A stretch of 64,000 bases of DNA from Marine Group I thaumarchaeote (GCA_044358425.1 CP054849.1:1097302-1161301); one strand, 5' to 3'. Positions 18,535 to 29,760 are shown, counted from the stretch's first letter. The notes: generated by a model not told the origin, from the letters alone. A program made the numbers and translations.

Positions 18535-19386
18535 TTGGACAGGAAAAATATCGAAATTAATCCTCTACTAGAGACATATGGGGAATATATTAAAAAAATT
18601 GATCTTGCTTTGGATAAAGAACTTGCACTATATTCAGAATCAGAATTTATTGAACCTCTAAAATATTCATTAGAAGGCGGTAAAAGAATCAGACCAATAA
18701 TTTTGAGTTTGTCTGCAGAAAGTATAGGAAAAATAGATGAAAATGTATTGGCAGCATCATGTGCTGTAGAATTTTTACATATGGAATCAATCATTCATGA
18801 TGATATCATAGACGACGAAACGATGAGAAGACAAAAAGACCCTTTTCATGTAAAATATGGTTATAATACGAGTGTCTTAACAGGAGATTTTGTTTTAGGA
18901 TTAATTCTTGCAATATCATCAAGATTGGATAATGCAAGAATTACAAAAGATTTAGCAACTACTGCCATGCTAATGAGTGAAGGAGAAATTATTGAAGGAA
19001 GATTGGAAGAAAGTGGAGACATCACATTTGATGATTACTTGAAAGTGATAGAATACAAAACTGCAACCGCATTTGAAGTTGCAGCAAGAATCGGAGGAAT
19101 AGTAGCTGGTGGAACTGAAGAACAAATTGAAGCATTAACAGGATATGGAAAAAATCTTGGAATTGCATATCAAATAAGAGATGATTTACTAGATTGGAAA
19201 AATGAAGAAAAATTATTTAATTTACTAATTAAGAAAAGTGTTGATCCAAGAGATGGGTTTAACAAAATGGAAGAATTGTTGAAAGAATATTCTGAGAAGG
19301 CTAGATCATTTTTGAGAAAAATTCCAGATAACGAAGCAAAAATGAATTTAGAAGAATTAATTAAATTTACTTCATTTAAGGCATAG
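18535..19386 (+). CDS. Polyprenyl diphosphate synthase (trans-prenyltransferase)
   Basis: GGKRIRP, HDDIIDDETMRR (FARM), YKTA, GIAYQIRDDLLD (SARM). Confidence 0.93.
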   Translation: MDRKNIEINPLLETYGEYIKKIDLALDKELALYSESEFIEPLKYSLEGGKRIRPIILSLSAESIGKIDENVLAASCAVEFLHMESIIHDDIIDDETMRRQKDPFHVKYGYNTSVLTGDFVLGLILAISSRLDNARITKDLATTAMLMSEGEIIEGRLEESGDITFDDYLKVIEYKTATAFEVAARIGGIVAGGTEEQIEALTGYGKNLGIAYQIRDDLLDWKNEEKLFNLLIKKSVDPRDGFNKMEELLKEYSEKARSFLRKIPDNEAKMNLEELIKFTSFKA

Positions 19387-20860
19387 AACCTATACTAAGT
19401 ACTGGTGTTGCAAGTTCTACAAATTTGATTAATGGTTCTGGATAAACACCAAATCCTACCAAGAAGACTGTTGAGATGATCATAATTGCCATAACAGATC
19501 TTGGTTCAATAACTCTCTTTTCAGTTTCACCTTCAAAGTACATTTTTCTTGTTAACCATCCATAGTAAGCTAATGACAATGCACTGTTTAATACGCCTGC
19601 AATTGCAAGCCATGGAGCCCACCATAGTGCAGTACCTGCATCTAATGCACTTCCAAACAGCATCAATTTACTCCAGAATCCAGAAAGTGGAGGAACGCCA
19701 GCAAGAGCAAATAATGCAATTACCAGACCTAATGCAGTTACAGGCATTCGTCTTCCAAGTCCTTTTAATTTATCAATATGAGTAACTGCAAGAGTTGTTA
19801 CAATTCCTGCAATTGCAATAAATGCAGCACCTTTCATTACTGCATGATTCATTATCTGATACAGTGAACCTTGTAAACCTAGAGAACTATGTGGAGCAAC
19901 TGCAAGTCCAATCAAAATGTAACCTGCATGTGCAATACTAGAATATGCTAACATTCTTGAAATATTCTTTTGCATAATTGCTGCAATATTACCAATAGTC
20001 ATCGTCATAACTGCAATTATACCAAGTGCTAAAGTCCAATCAAGATGTAGTACCACCATTCCCAAAATTACAATTCTAATTGTTGCAGCAAATCCAGCTT
20101 TTTTGGTTGCTGCTGCAAGAAGTGCAGTAATTGGTGCAGGTGCACCTTCATAGGTATCTGGAAGCCATTGATGGAACGGAACTAATCCCATCTTGAATCC
20201 AAATCCTGCTATAAACAATCCTACAGATAATAACGCTAATGGAAGCATTGATGGATCAAGTGTCGAATAACCTTGAATGACTTCTCCAATATTTGTAGAA
20301 CCAGTTAATCCGTATGCAAGTGAAATACCATAAACAATAATTGCTGAAGATAATGCACCGAACAAGAAATATTTCAAAGCAGCTTCATTTGAGCTTGGGT
20401 TCTTTTTCCTAAATCCAACCAAAATGTATGTTGGAATACTCATTAATTCCCATGCAACAAATAACATTACAAGATCAGTTGAGTAAGCGACTAGAACCAT
20501 ACCAATAGTTGCAAGTAAAATTAGAGAATAGTAAACAGCCGGAGAGTTATGTTTTCTCATGTAATTAAAGGAGCCAACAGTGGTGAACAAAGCAACTATC
20601 AACATAGCAATTGCAAAGAAACCACCAAATGCATCATCAACAACTACATCTTCAGCAAACAGAGCAGACGGAGACACATTTTCTTCTAGGAATTGATATC
20701 CAACATATCCCATAGATACGATTAATGCTGCAAATGCAATAATGGCATAAAATGAATTAGAACCTTGTTCTTTTCGTGCAATACTAATTATTGGAAGTAA
20801 AATACCAACGGTACCCAATATACCGATTATTACAAGAGGAGTTGAAGTAATTTCTAACAT
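19376..20860 (-). CDS. nuoN: Complex I subunit N
   Basis: EAALKYF, FKMGLVPFHQWLPDTYEGAP, RMLAYSSIAHAGY. Confidence 0.95.
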   Translation of the reverse strand: MLEITSTPLVIIGILGTVGILLPIISIARKEQGSNSFYAIIAFAALIVSMGYVGYQFLEENVSPSALFAEDVVVDDAFGGFFAIAMLIVALFTTVGSFNYMRKHNSPAVYYSLILLATIGMVLVAYSTDLVMLFVAWELMSIPTYILVGFRKKNPSSNEAALKYFLFGALSSAIIVYGISLAYGLTGSTNIGEVIQGYSTLDPSMLPLALLSVGLFIAGFGFKMGLVPFHQWLPDTYEGAPAPITALLAAATKKAGFAATIRIVILGMVVLHLDWTLALGIIAVMTMTIGNIAAIMQKNISRMLAYSSIAHAGYILIGLAVAPHSSLGLQGSLYQIMNHAVMKGAAFIAIAGIVTTLAVTHIDKLKGLGRRMPVTALGLVIALFALAGVPPLSGFWSKLMLFGSALDAGTALWWAPWLAIAGVLNSALSLAYYGWLTRKMYFEGETEKRVIEPRSVMAIMIISTVFLVGFGVYPEPLIKFVELATPVLSIGSMP

Positions 20861-20873
20861 GTCATCAAATCTC

Positions 20874-22949
20874 CTACATCAACAATATCAGAACTACAAA
20901 TAATAATCCTGCTCCAAATACAAATAGATACGATTGTGAAACACCAGTTTGGGTTCCTTGAATAACTTTAGCACCCCAACTAGCGGCTTTTTGAACGCCG
21001 TCATTCATACCATAATCAATTGCTGTTTTCTCAAAGTATCTTGAAACGCCTCTAGCCAACCATAATGGTGTTGTAACAAAGCACCAGTAGACAATTGCGT
21101 TAAGATACCATCTGTTTAAGAAAAGCTTGTGAATTGCATAAAAGAAAATATTTGAATTTACAAATTTAACAGGATCAACCCATCTTCCAATGTAAAAGAT
21201 GTAACCTAATCCAATACCAGTAGCAAATGCTACTAAGGATGCACCCAATGCAACTGGATTAAGTCCTTGTAAGAATTCTGGTAATATTGAAGATTCTTCT
21301 GCTGCTGCATGTGAACTATAAATTCCAAATGAGTTTTTAAGATAATATTCAAACGTATGATGTAGTCCTTCTTCTGCAGATAATCCAATAATACCAATAC
21401 CAATTGTAAGTACTGCAAGAATACCATATGGGACCCACATAGATACTGATGCTTCATGAATATGATGTCCTTCCTCTTCCATCTTTTCAATATGTTTACT
21501 CTTCTTGCCAAAGAATACCAAACCAATCATTCTTGTGGTATAGAATGCTGTAATTATGGCAGTTAAAACAGCGATAATGAATAATGGTAATGCCCATTCG
21601 TTTCCAGATTCATATACTGCTGCAAAGATTGCATCTTTACTCCAGAAACCTGTTGTGATAAATGGTGCTCCCATTAAACCAAGACCTGCGGCCCACATGA
21701 ATGCATACGTTTTCTTCATATGCTTTCTTAGACCACCCATGTCGGTCATAAATCGAGAACCAACAATATGCAGTAAAGAACCTGCTGCCATGAATAATGA
21801 AGCCTTAAACATTGCGTGAGAAATTAAGTGGAAAAATCCTGCAGTATAACCATCAACATATTGATGAGATAATCCTGCTACACCTAAAGCCATCATCATG
21901 TAACCAATTTGAGAACCTGTAGAATATGCTAAGACTTTCTTAATTTCTGGATTAACCATACCTTGTGTTGCTAACAATAATGCGGTAATTGCACCAACCC
22001 AAGCAACAATTTCAAAGAATTGATCTGCTAAAATTCCTGCAGCACCTAAAGCAAATACAAGTGGACCAATTCTTGCAACTAAGAAGACACCTGCTTTAAC
22101 CATTGTAGCAGCATGAATTAATGCAGATACTGCAGTTGGTCCAGTCATTGCTTCTAACAACCATTCATTTAATGGGAATTGTGCGGATTTGCCCATTGCA
22201 CCACCAAAGAGTAAAACAAATGCAGGAACTAACAATCCTTGAGCTGCCATTGCAGTTGCCCAATCAGTATCACCCATTAATTCTTTAAATCCAAATGTAC
22301 CTGCAAACAAGAATATCAAAAGCATACCAGCAATCATCATTACATCTCCAACTTTTGTCATGATGAATGCCTTCATACCAGCATGTGTTGGAGCATAGTA
22401 ATCTAACATTCCAAGAACTGTACGTCCTTCAGTACCAACATGATCTTTCTTCTTATCACGATACCAGAAGCTGATCAAAGCATAAGATGCTAGTCCTACA
22501 CCTTCCCAACCAAAGAAGACTTGTAACAAGTTATCAGATAATACAATCAATTGCATTGAACCGATGAAGAACATCATCCAGAACCAGAATCTTGTAATGT
22601 CTTTATCGCCTTTCATGTATCCTGTACTGTAAATCATAATCAAGAAAGAAATCCAAGCAACAACATTTGCCATTATGATTGAAAGTGGATCTGCTAAGAC
22701 TCCAGCTTTAAGACCAATTGCTTCAATCCACATTATTTGATCATGTAATTCATGAGCTTCTAATGCAACAGGAACCATTGTAGCAGCAGATACTGCACTC
22801 ATTAGAGCAAATCCAACTGCAACGTATTTTGTTGCATTTTGAGATAATTTTCCAATACCAGGCATTATCATTGCTGCGGCAAATGGCAAAATCCAAACTA
22901 ACCAAGCGCTTATAGCAGTAATTTCAAATCCCATTAATTCAGTTGCCAT
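20874..22949 (-). CDS. nuoL: Complex I subunit L
   Basis: WEGVGLASY, GKSAQFPL, AMTGPTAVSALIHAATMV. Confidence 0.95.
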   Translation of the reverse strand: MATELMGFEITAISAWLVWILPFAAAMIMPGIGKLSQNATKYVAVGFALMSAVSAATMVPVALEAHELHDQIMWIEAIGLKAGVLADPLSIIMANVVAWISFLIMIYSTGYMKGDKDITRFWFWMMFFIGSMQLIVLSDNLLQVFFGWEGVGLASYALISFWYRDKKKDHVGTEGRTVLGMLDYYAPTHAGMKAFIMTKVGDVMMIAGMLLIFLFAGTFGFKELMGDTDWATAMAAQGLLVPAFVLLFGGAMGKSAQFPLNEWLLEAMTGPTAVSALIHAATMVKAGVFLVARIGPLVFALGAAGILADQFFEIVAWVGAITALLLATQGMVNPEIKKVLAYSTGSQIGYMMMALGVAGLSHQYVDGYTAGFFHLISHAMFKASLFMAAGSLLHIVGSRFMTDMGGLRKHMKKTYAFMWAAGLGLMGAPFITTGFWSKDAIFAAVYESGNEWALPLFIIAVLTAIITAFYTTRMIGLVFFGKKSKHIEKMEEEGHHIHEASVSMWVPYGILAVLTIGIGIIGLSAEEGLHHTFEYYLKNSFGIYSSHAAAEESSILPEFLQGLNPVALGASLVAFATGIGLGYIFYIGRWVDPVKFVNSNIFFYAIHKLFLNRWYLNAIVYWCFVTTPLWLARGVSRYFEKTAIDYGMNDGVQKAASWGAKVIQGTQTGVSQSYLFVFGAGLLFVVLILLM

Positions 22950-22952
22950 AAT

Positions 22953-24506
22953 CTAAACCCCCATCACTCCATTCATGTAAGGAATAATTGTCTTCAAGAA
23001 AATATCTGGATAAATTCCCACTACAATTGAAAATCCTGCTAATATCATCATTGGAATTGTCATGTACCAACTTCCTTCTTTGACATTTTGAAGATGTTCA
23101 GGAAGTTTACCAAAGAATACACGTTTCAACATCCAAAGCATGTAAGACATTGTTAATGCAGTTGCAACAAGACCTAATCCAAATGCTACGGCTCTAATTG
23201 TAGAACCTTCTGCAATAGCAGTTTCTAATGCACCGTAAAACATAATCCATTCACCCATAAATCCACTGGTTGGTGGTACTCCCATTATTGTGAGTGCACC
23301 AATAACTGCACATACTGCAGTAATTGGCATCTTACCAGCAAGTCCTCCAAGTTTCTTAATACTTCTCGTACCAACTTTAACAATAATAATTCCAGCCATC
23401 ATGAAGAGAATACCTTTTCCAATAGCGTGAGTAACATACATCATTTCAGCACCAGCAAGACCGTATGCAGACATTGATCCTATTCCAAATAGCAAATATC
23501 CCATTTGACTGATACTTGAATAAGCAAGGAAACGTTTCAAGTCATCTTGCATTAATGCCATAGCACCACCATAGATCATAGTGACAAGACCCCAAATATG
23601 GAACCAAATTGCAAGTTCTGAAAATGTTACAGGTAAGAATTCAACAACTAATCTAAAGAGACCATAAGCTCCAATTCCAATCATTGCTGGAGACAATAAT
23701 GCACTGATTGGTGTAGGTGCTGCACCGTGAACATATGGAAGCCAAATATGATACAAGAAAACTGCAAGTTTTACACCAAGTCCTATCGAAATAGCTACCG
23801 CTGAATACATCGCAATGTCAGCAGGAAGTTCAGATTCTTGAATATCTGCAAAGTCAAAGCTACCAAGTGTTAGACCTATCATCAAAAATCCAAGTAATAG
23901 AACAACTGCACCAGCATGGGTCCAGAATAAGAACATTAAACCTATTTTTCTTCTTGGTCCATCACCCCATAAAGCAACCATAAAGAAACCTGGAATTAAC
24001 ATAACTTCAAAGAAAATGTAAAATTCAATCAGATTTGTTGCAAGAACTGTTCCAAGCATTCCCATTGCAAATACAAGATAAAGTGCAAAGTAAAGACCAG
24101 ATTTAGCATTTACATAATTTTGTAAAGCAGATGATTCAACAACAGAAGACTGTCCACTCTCTGAATGATTAATTTTTTGTTCTTCTTCAAATTGTTCATG
24201 GAATTTATGAATCATGTATGGTTTTGAATAGATTGCTAAGATTGTAGACAAAACATAAATCATAATTGCAAATGGTGAAGCAAGTCCATCTAGTAAGAAA
24301 CCAAATTCACCAAATTGTTCTGTCCATGGATAATGTTCTTCTACAGTTCCAGATAGTGCTGCGTTGATTACTAGAATAGTAGTGTAAAGTAAAATTGCAA
24401 ATGTAAACCACATTGCAGGAGTAGGACCTACTTTTCTTCCAAGAATATAGGCTACTGGGGATAACAGTAATGGCAGGAAAACAGCCTGTAATAATGCATA
24501 TTCCAT
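22953..24506 (-). CDS. nuoM: Complex I subunit M
   Basis: FYIFFE, HIWLPYVHGAAPTP, LAYSSISQMG. Confidence 0.95.
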   Translation of the reverse strand: MEYALLQAVFLPLLLSPVAYILGRKVGPTPAMWFTFAILLYTTILVINAALSGTVEEHYPWTEQFGEFGFLLDGLASPFAIMIYVLSTILAIYSKPYMIHKFHEQFEEEQKINHSESGQSSVVESSALQNYVNAKSGLYFALYLVFAMGMLGTVLATNLIEFYIFFEVMLIPGFFMVALWGDGPRRKIGLMFLFWTHAGAVVLLLGFLMIGLTLGSFDFADIQESELPADIAMYSAVAISIGLGVKLAVFLYHIWLPYVHGAAPTPISALLSPAMIGIGAYGLFRLVVEFLPVTFSELAIWFHIWGLVTMIYGGAMALMQDDLKRFLAYSSISQMGYLLFGIGSMSAYGLAGAEMMYVTHAIGKGILFMMAGIIIVKVGTRSIKKLGGLAGKMPITAVCAVIGALTIMGVPPTSGFMGEWIMFYGALETAIAEGSTIRAVAFGLGLVATALTMSYMLWMLKRVFFGKLPEHLQNVKEGSWYMTIPMMILAGFSIVVGIYPDIFLKTIIPYMNGVMGV

Positions 24507-24820
24507 TATCCTTTCAAGCTCCTAAAGTCTGCAATATCGACATTTTGATACATTCTGTATGCTACAATGATTAATGATAATCCAACAGCTACTTCTGCTG
24601 CTGCAATTGCAATTGAAAATAATGCCAAAGTTTGACCAGCACTGTCAGGGATAAATCTACCAAATGCGACAAGATTAAGATTTGCTGCATTAATAATAAT
24701 TTCAACAGCAAATAACATTCTAATGAAATTACGCTTTACTGCAAGTCCATAGATTCCTATTGCCAGTAAAGCAACAGAAACTAGTGTAAAATCAACTAAC
24801 TCGTTGGTCATTCTCCACAT
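24506..24820 (-). CDS. nuoK: Complex I subunit K (start probably 24811)
   Basis: EIIINAANL, AAAEVAVGL. Confidence 0.95.
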   Translation of the reverse strand: MWRMTNELVDFTLVSVALLAIGIYGLAVKRNFIRMLFAVEIIINAANLNLVAFGRFIPDSAGQTLALFSIAIAAAEVAVGLSLIIVAYRMYQNVDIADFRSLKG

Positions 24821-25316
24821 CCTCTCTTCTAGCTAAAACTAATGCACCAGTTACAGAACCAGCCAAAATTAAGCCCATCAAAATTAATGCTGGCCAATAG
24901 TAAGTGACAAAGTCTGTACCAATATCTCTAAAATCAACTGCAGGTTCATCAGTAGTTATTGTTTTAATTCCAGAGTCTAAGAATACAGCACCCAAAGATA
25001 CCATAATAATTAACATTAAACCAATTCCAGCAAACTTTCTTTTTCTGTCCTCAATTTTTTTAAAGATAAGTTCTCTTTTTACAAGCATTACAGTGAATAA
25101 AATTAAGACTGCGATTGAACCAACATAAACTGCTAGTTGGAACAATGCAACAAATGGTGCATCAAGTATAAAGAAGAAACCGGCAATACCACCAAGAGTT
25201 CCCATCAATGCAATTGAACCATAAATTAAAGATCTCATTTCAAGTGCTGCAATTGCAGAACCAATTGTGATAACAGTTAATGCAAGAAATACAGCATCAG
25301 CCATGAGTTGCTCCAT
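24792..25316 (-). CDS. nuoJ: Complex I subunit J (start probably 25304)
   Basis: QLAVYVGSIAVLILF; operon position. Confidence 0.93.
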   Translation of the reverse strand: MEQLMADAVFLALTVITIGSAIAALEMRSLIYGSIALMGTLGGIAGFFFILDAPFVALFQLAVYVGSIAVLILFTVMLVKRELIFKKIEDRKRKFAGIGLMLIIMVSLGAVFLDSGIKTITTDEPAVDFRDIGTDFVTYYWPALILMGLILAGSVTGALVLARREDVENDQRVS

Positions 25317-25797
25317 TTTTAGTAATTACAATTTCACTATCTTGTTCAACATAAGGTTTGACTGCAAGTTGTGCAGGAGTATAGATTAAACCTTCTTTGC
25401 TAAATGAAGATAATTCGTAATCATTAGTCATGTAAAGTGCGTAAAATGGACATGCGTCTACACATAAACCACAAAAAACACATTTACCATAATCAATTTG
25501 TGGCATAATAGATTTTTTATTTTGTTTTTGTTCTTCTGGAACTTTTACCATTGCTATAGCTTCAGCAACACCCTCACATGCAATAGAGCATAATTGACAT
25601 CCAGTACAGTGATCATGGAATAACATGTGACGACCCTTTAGTCCAGCAATTCCAACACCAGTAGATGGATCAAATTGATAACCATCACCTACAAACTTTA
25701 GTTTCTCTTCAGGATAACGAAGAGTAAATCTTTTAGTTGCAATGTGTTTAATTCCAGAATTTAGTGCACGTACAATTCCTGTAGCAGTATTTGTCAT
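25297..25797 (-). CDS. nuoI: Complex I subunit I
   Basis: TLRYPEE, CTGCQLCSIAC, CVFCGLCVDACP. Confidence 0.95.
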   Translation of the reverse strand: MTNTATGIVRALNSGIKHIATKRFTLRYPEEKLKFVGDGYQFDPSTGVGIAGLKGRHMLFHDHCTGCQLCSIACEGVAEAIAMVKVPEEQKQNKKSIMPQIDYGKCVFCGLCVDACPFYALYMTNDYELSSFSKEGLIYTPAQLAVKPYVEQDSEIVITKNGATHG

Positions 25798-27107
25798 TGT
25801 AATCCTCCTGGCCCGAGCACTCCAGCGTAAACCAAAGCTAGTGCAATAAAGATGTTAACGAAAGCAAGACCGATCAATTTGGTCCATCCAAGACTTAACA
25901 ACATATCAATTCTAATTCTTGGGAAAACACCCCTTGGCAATAGTATAAAGAAGATTACACCAACAGTCTTTAGAACAAACATCAACGTTCCATTAATCAT
26001 TTCTTGAGTAATTGTTTGACTAAGTATTGGTTCCAATCCACCTATCTTTGCAGTTACAGGACCAAGTTCAATTCCTTCAGTAGCAAGTTCCATTGGGAAT
26101 GGTGGAACTATCATTGGACCATTCCATCCACCGAGGAACAATACAACAAACAGTGCTGCAAATGCATAAAGTTTCAAATAAGTTCCTAATTGAACTAGTC
26201 CATACATCATTCCAGATAATTCAGTTAACCAACCAGCAACAATTTCACTTTCTGCTTCAGGTAAATCAAATGGAATTCTTTCTAATTCTGCAAGCATTGT
26301 AATGAAAAACACAATTGCACCTACTGGTAAAAATACAATCCATGGGAAACTAGATTGACTTGCAGCAATTTCAGATAAGTTAAGAGTTCCAGTAACCATT
26401 ACAACGCCCAACAAAGATAAAATTAATGGAATTTCGAATGAAACCATTTGGAATAATGCTCTAATTCCTCCAATGAATGGGAATTTACTATTTGCAGACC
26501 ATGCAGAAAGAATAGTTACAATTGGGAAAAATCCAATTACAGCAAAAACAGCTAGCAATCCCATATCTACATCTGCAACTACCCAACCTGGTGCAACTGG
26601 AATTAATGCAACAAATGCTGCTGCAGATGCAACAAATAGAACTGGCGCTGCCCAAAAAATGGGTTTATCAGCTTTTGCTGGAATGATAATTTCTTTGGAA
26701 ATTAATTTTAAACCATCACCTGCTAATTGTAAAATGCCTTCTACTTTTCCACAGTAAAAAGGACCAACTCTTAATTGTAATTTTGCCAACATTTTTCTTT
26801 CAACAAAAATAGTACCGGCGGCTAATAATGCAGCAAAACCAAATCCAGGAAATGCCATTACTTTAAACATGTCAGTTGTCATAAATGCTTGAACAATTGG
26901 AAGTGTTCGTGTTGGATCCGCTAAATAAGTAAATGCCAAAAATGGTGTAAGTAATTCGCCATCAATAACTGGCATCGGAATATAAAATAATATCATCATG
27001 ATTACAGGGAAACCAATTAATGAAAATATCAAAAGGAACCAAACTGCATCATCAATAATGGATTTGATAAACTCACTTAGTTTGAAATTTGGTGCAATTA
27101 CAGACAT
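25794..27107 (-). CDS. nuoH: Complex I subunit H
   Basis: ERKMLAKLQLRVGP, DGLKLISKE, RIPFDLPEAESE, PRIRID. Confidence 0.95.
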   Translation of the reverse strand: MSVIAPNFKLSEFIKSIIDDAVWFLLIFSLIGFPVIMMILFYIPMPVIDGELLTPFLAFTYLADPTRTLPIVQAFMTTDMFKVMAFPGFGFAALLAAGTIFVERKMLAKLQLRVGPFYCGKVEGILQLAGDGLKLISKEIIIPAKADKPIFWAAPVLFVASAAAFVALIPVAPGWVVADVDMGLLAVFAVIGFFPIVTILSAWSANSKFPFIGGIRALFQMVSFEIPLILSLLGVVMVTGTLNLSEIAASQSSFPWIVFLPVGAIVFFITMLAELERIPFDLPEAESEIVAGWLTELSGMMYGLVQLGTYLKLYAFAALFVVLFLGGWNGPMIVPPFPMELATEGIELGPVTAKIGGLEPILSQTITQEMINGTLMFVLKTVGVIFFILLPRGVFPRIRIDMLLSLGWTKLIGLAFVNIFIALALVYAGVLGPGGLQ

Positions 27108-28244
27108 CTATCGGTCTGCCTCCACTGGCCAATAATTAAGACTCCAATAAACAGATGGCATGTTACCAAGTTTTTCACCTTTTAACAGATATGGTAAAGC
27201 AATTAGATTTCTAAATGAACCAACACTCAATTTTAATCGGTATGGTTCAACTTTACCATCAGAAACAATATGACATCCCAAAGAACCTCTTCCTGATTCT
27301 ACACGTTTGTAAACAGAATCCAATCCTTTACCTTTTGGATTTGGTTTTAGTTTAACTCTAACAGAACCAGACTTTGGCATTTTTTGTAATGCTTGTCTAA
27401 TAATATTACAACTCTCCATCATATCAAGCCATGGTACTTTGGATCTTGCGTAAGAATCACCTTCTTTCATCACATTACTGTGAACATCTAATTCTTCATA
27501 GACATCATAAGGTTCCTTTTGTCTAAGATCATAATCTACTCCACTTGCACGTAAAACAGAACCAGTTGTTCCAAGTCTAATTGCATCCTCACGGGAAAGA
27601 ACTCCAGTATCTCTTGTTCTTGAAATTAAAATTGGATTATCATAAAAGACTGCAGCATATTCTTTGATACGTTTCTCAAAGTAATTGACTTGACGTAGAC
27701 ATACTTCTTCAAAGTTTGGTGGCAAATCATTTCTAACTCCACCTGGAACAAAGTGTGCATGTGTTACTCTTGCACCACTTATTTTTTCCATTAAATCAAT
27801 TAACAGTTCACGGTCTCCAGCTGGCCACATAAACATTGTAGAATGACCTAAGAAGATTCCATAAATTGCAAGCCAGTACATTGTGTAAATACAACGATTT
27901 AATTCTGAACAGATTACTCGAACATATTTTGCACGTTCTGGAACTTCAATTCCAAGTAGCTCTTCTACACCCAAAACATATGGATAGAGAACATTACAAG
28001 AATCATGAATTACTGGTCTTTCTAAGTGAGGAACGTTTGTAATATAATTTCTATATTCAGCCATTTTTTCTTCCCCACGGTGTACATAACCTGGATCAGG
28101 ATCACAAGCTACAATATAATCACCATCAATTTGTACAATAATTCTCATATGTCCAGAACCAGGATGTTGTGGTCCAACATTGAGAGTCATAATTCTCTCG
28201 TCAACTTTTTGGATTGCTAATCCAGGTGGTAATTCTGCAGTCAT
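27108..28244 (-). CDS. nuoD: Complex I subunit D
   Basis: LNVGPQHP, GYVHRGEEK, C-terminal EADR. Confidence 0.95.
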   Translation of the reverse strand: MTAELPPGLAIQKVDERIMTLNVGPQHPGSGHMRIIVQIDGDYIVACDPDPGYVHRGEEKMAEYRNYITNVPHLERPVIHDSCNVLYPYVLGVEELLGIEVPERAKYVRVICSELNRCIYTMYWLAIYGIFLGHSTMFMWPAGDRELLIDLMEKISGARVTHAHFVPGGVRNDLPPNFEEVCLRQVNYFEKRIKEYAAVFYDNPILISRTRDTGVLSREDAIRLGTTGSVLRASGVDYDLRQKEPYDVYEELDVHSNVMKEGDSYARSKVPWLDMMESCNIIRQALQKMPKSGSVRVKLKPNPKGKGLDSVYKRVESGRGSLGCHIVSDGKVEPYRLKLSVGSFRNLIALPYLLKGEKLGNMPSVYWSLNYWPVEADR

Positions 28245-28245
28245 T

Positions 28246-28809
28246 CTATCGTCCTTTTATTGCAAAGTCCTTTCTGAGAGGTGGTAAATCTGCCCAATCT
28301 TCAGGCAAGAGTAATCTTCTGTTATCTGGATGACCGTTAAAATAAACTCCAAACATTTCAAAAACTTCTCTTTCGTGAAATTCTACACTGTAGAATATAT
28401 CTCTAAGAGAAGGTAACTTTGTTGCATCTTTTCCGGGAAGTGGATTTTCCTCTCTTTGTGCTCTAGTAGATAAAACCAAAATTTGTTTAGCCAATGATGA
28501 ATCCGAATAGGAACCAATATGATAAACTACCTCAATTTCTTTATCCTGTGGGTAATCTACTCCTGAAACGGATTCTACATGATCATAATTTAGTCCATCT
28601 CGAATAAATTCTGCAACATCATGGACGTCTTCTCTTTTAGCTTTAATTCCAACTCTATTTTCTTTAACAAATTCAACTTCAACTTTATCACCAAATTTTT
28701 CAACAACTTTATCAGAAATACTTTTTTCAAAAGCAGGTAATTCAACAGATTTTTCAGCTGGTTTTGGTGCTGGTTTCGTTTCAGTTTTGGTTTCAGTTTC
28801 AGAACTCAT
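28246..28809 (-). CDS. nuoC: Complex I subunit C
   Basis: EREVFEMFGVYFNGHPDNRRLLL, PLRKDF. Confidence 0.95.
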   Translation of the reverse strand: MSSETETKTETKPAPKPAEKSVELPAFEKSISDKVVEKFGDKVEVEFVKENRVGIKAKREDVHDVAEFIRDGLNYDHVESVSGVDYPQDKEIEVVYHIGSYSDSSLAKQILVLSTRAQREENPLPGKDATKLPSLRDIFYSVEFHEREVFEMFGVYFNGHPDNRRLLLPEDWADLPPLRKDFAIKGR

Positions 28810-29345
28810 TATACAAACTTCCTAGCCTTCATTCTCTTAATTTTTTCTTGCAACAAAATACATCCTTGGATGAGAGTTTCAGGTCTAGGTGGGCAACCTG
28901 GAACATAGACATCAACTGGAAGAACTCCATCAATTCCTGGAAGTACATTGTATGAATCAAAATACAATCCTCCAGTAATTGCACAAGCACCCATAGCAAT
29001 CACATATTTTGGTTCTGGCATTTGATCATAAACTAATCTCAGACGTGGAGCCATTTTTCGTGTAATTGTACCTTGAACAACAATAAGATCACATTGTCTT
29101 AATGATCCGAATGCTTCAATGATACCAAATCTTTCAACGTCATATCTAGGACTTGATGCTGCACCAAACTCAACACTACAACAAGCTGTTTCAATATGCA
29201 CAGGCCAAAGTGACCAAATTCTACCCCAATTGATAGCATAGCCCAATGGTTTGTCAATTGCTTTTTCCAAAATATCTCCAAGTTTTCCAATGAAGACATT
29301 TGCATTTTCTGGTGTTACTAAATCTTTAAGCAATTTTATTCCCAA
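28809..29345 (-). CDS. nuoB: Complex I subunit B
   Basis: ACCSVE, MGACAITGG, VDVYVPGCPPRPE. Confidence 0.96.
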   Translation of the reverse strand: MGIKLLKDLVTPENANVFIGKLGDILEKAIDKPLGYAINWGRIWSLWPVHIETACCSVEFGAASSPRYDVERFGIIEAFGSLRQCDLIVVQGTITRKMAPRLRLVYDQMPEPKYVIAMGACAITGGLYFDSYNVLPGIDGVLPVDVYVPGCPPRPETLIQGCILLQEKIKRMKARKFV

Positions 29346-29373
29346 CCCCCTTTGTCATCATTTCTATAAATAA

Positions 29374-29760
29374 CTACCAAATTCTTCTTCTCCCTGATTG
29401 ATAAAGTGCAAAAGACATTGCACCAAACATTATTGCTAAGAATCCTATCATTGGTAAAGTTGCACTTTTTGGAAGTTCCAAAAGTGCACTACCCCAAGCA
29501 TATAAGAAAATTGCAACTACATCAAAAATTACGAACATCAAAATGTACGGGTAATACTGCATCATAAAATGAGTTCTACCCTCACCACTAGGAACTTGTC
29601 CACATTCCATAGGCAAAAATTTTACAGGATTACTCTTTTTACGTGGTGAAATCATTCTAGAAATCAATAATGCGGGTGCCATTGCTACTACTGCGAACCC
29701 GAACATCAATACTACGGTGCTATAATTGCCCGCTAATTCTCCGACCAATTTAACTTTCAT
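29374..29760 (-). CDS. nuoA: Complex I subunit A
   Basis: PMECG, YYPYILMFVIFDV. Confidence 0.93.
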   Translation of the reverse strand: MKVKLVGELAGNYSTVVLMFGFAVVAMAPALLISRMISPRKKSNPVKFLPMECGQVPSGEGRTHFMMQYYPYILMFVIFDVVAIFLYAWGSALLELPKSATLPMIGFLAIMFGAMSFALYQSGRRRIW

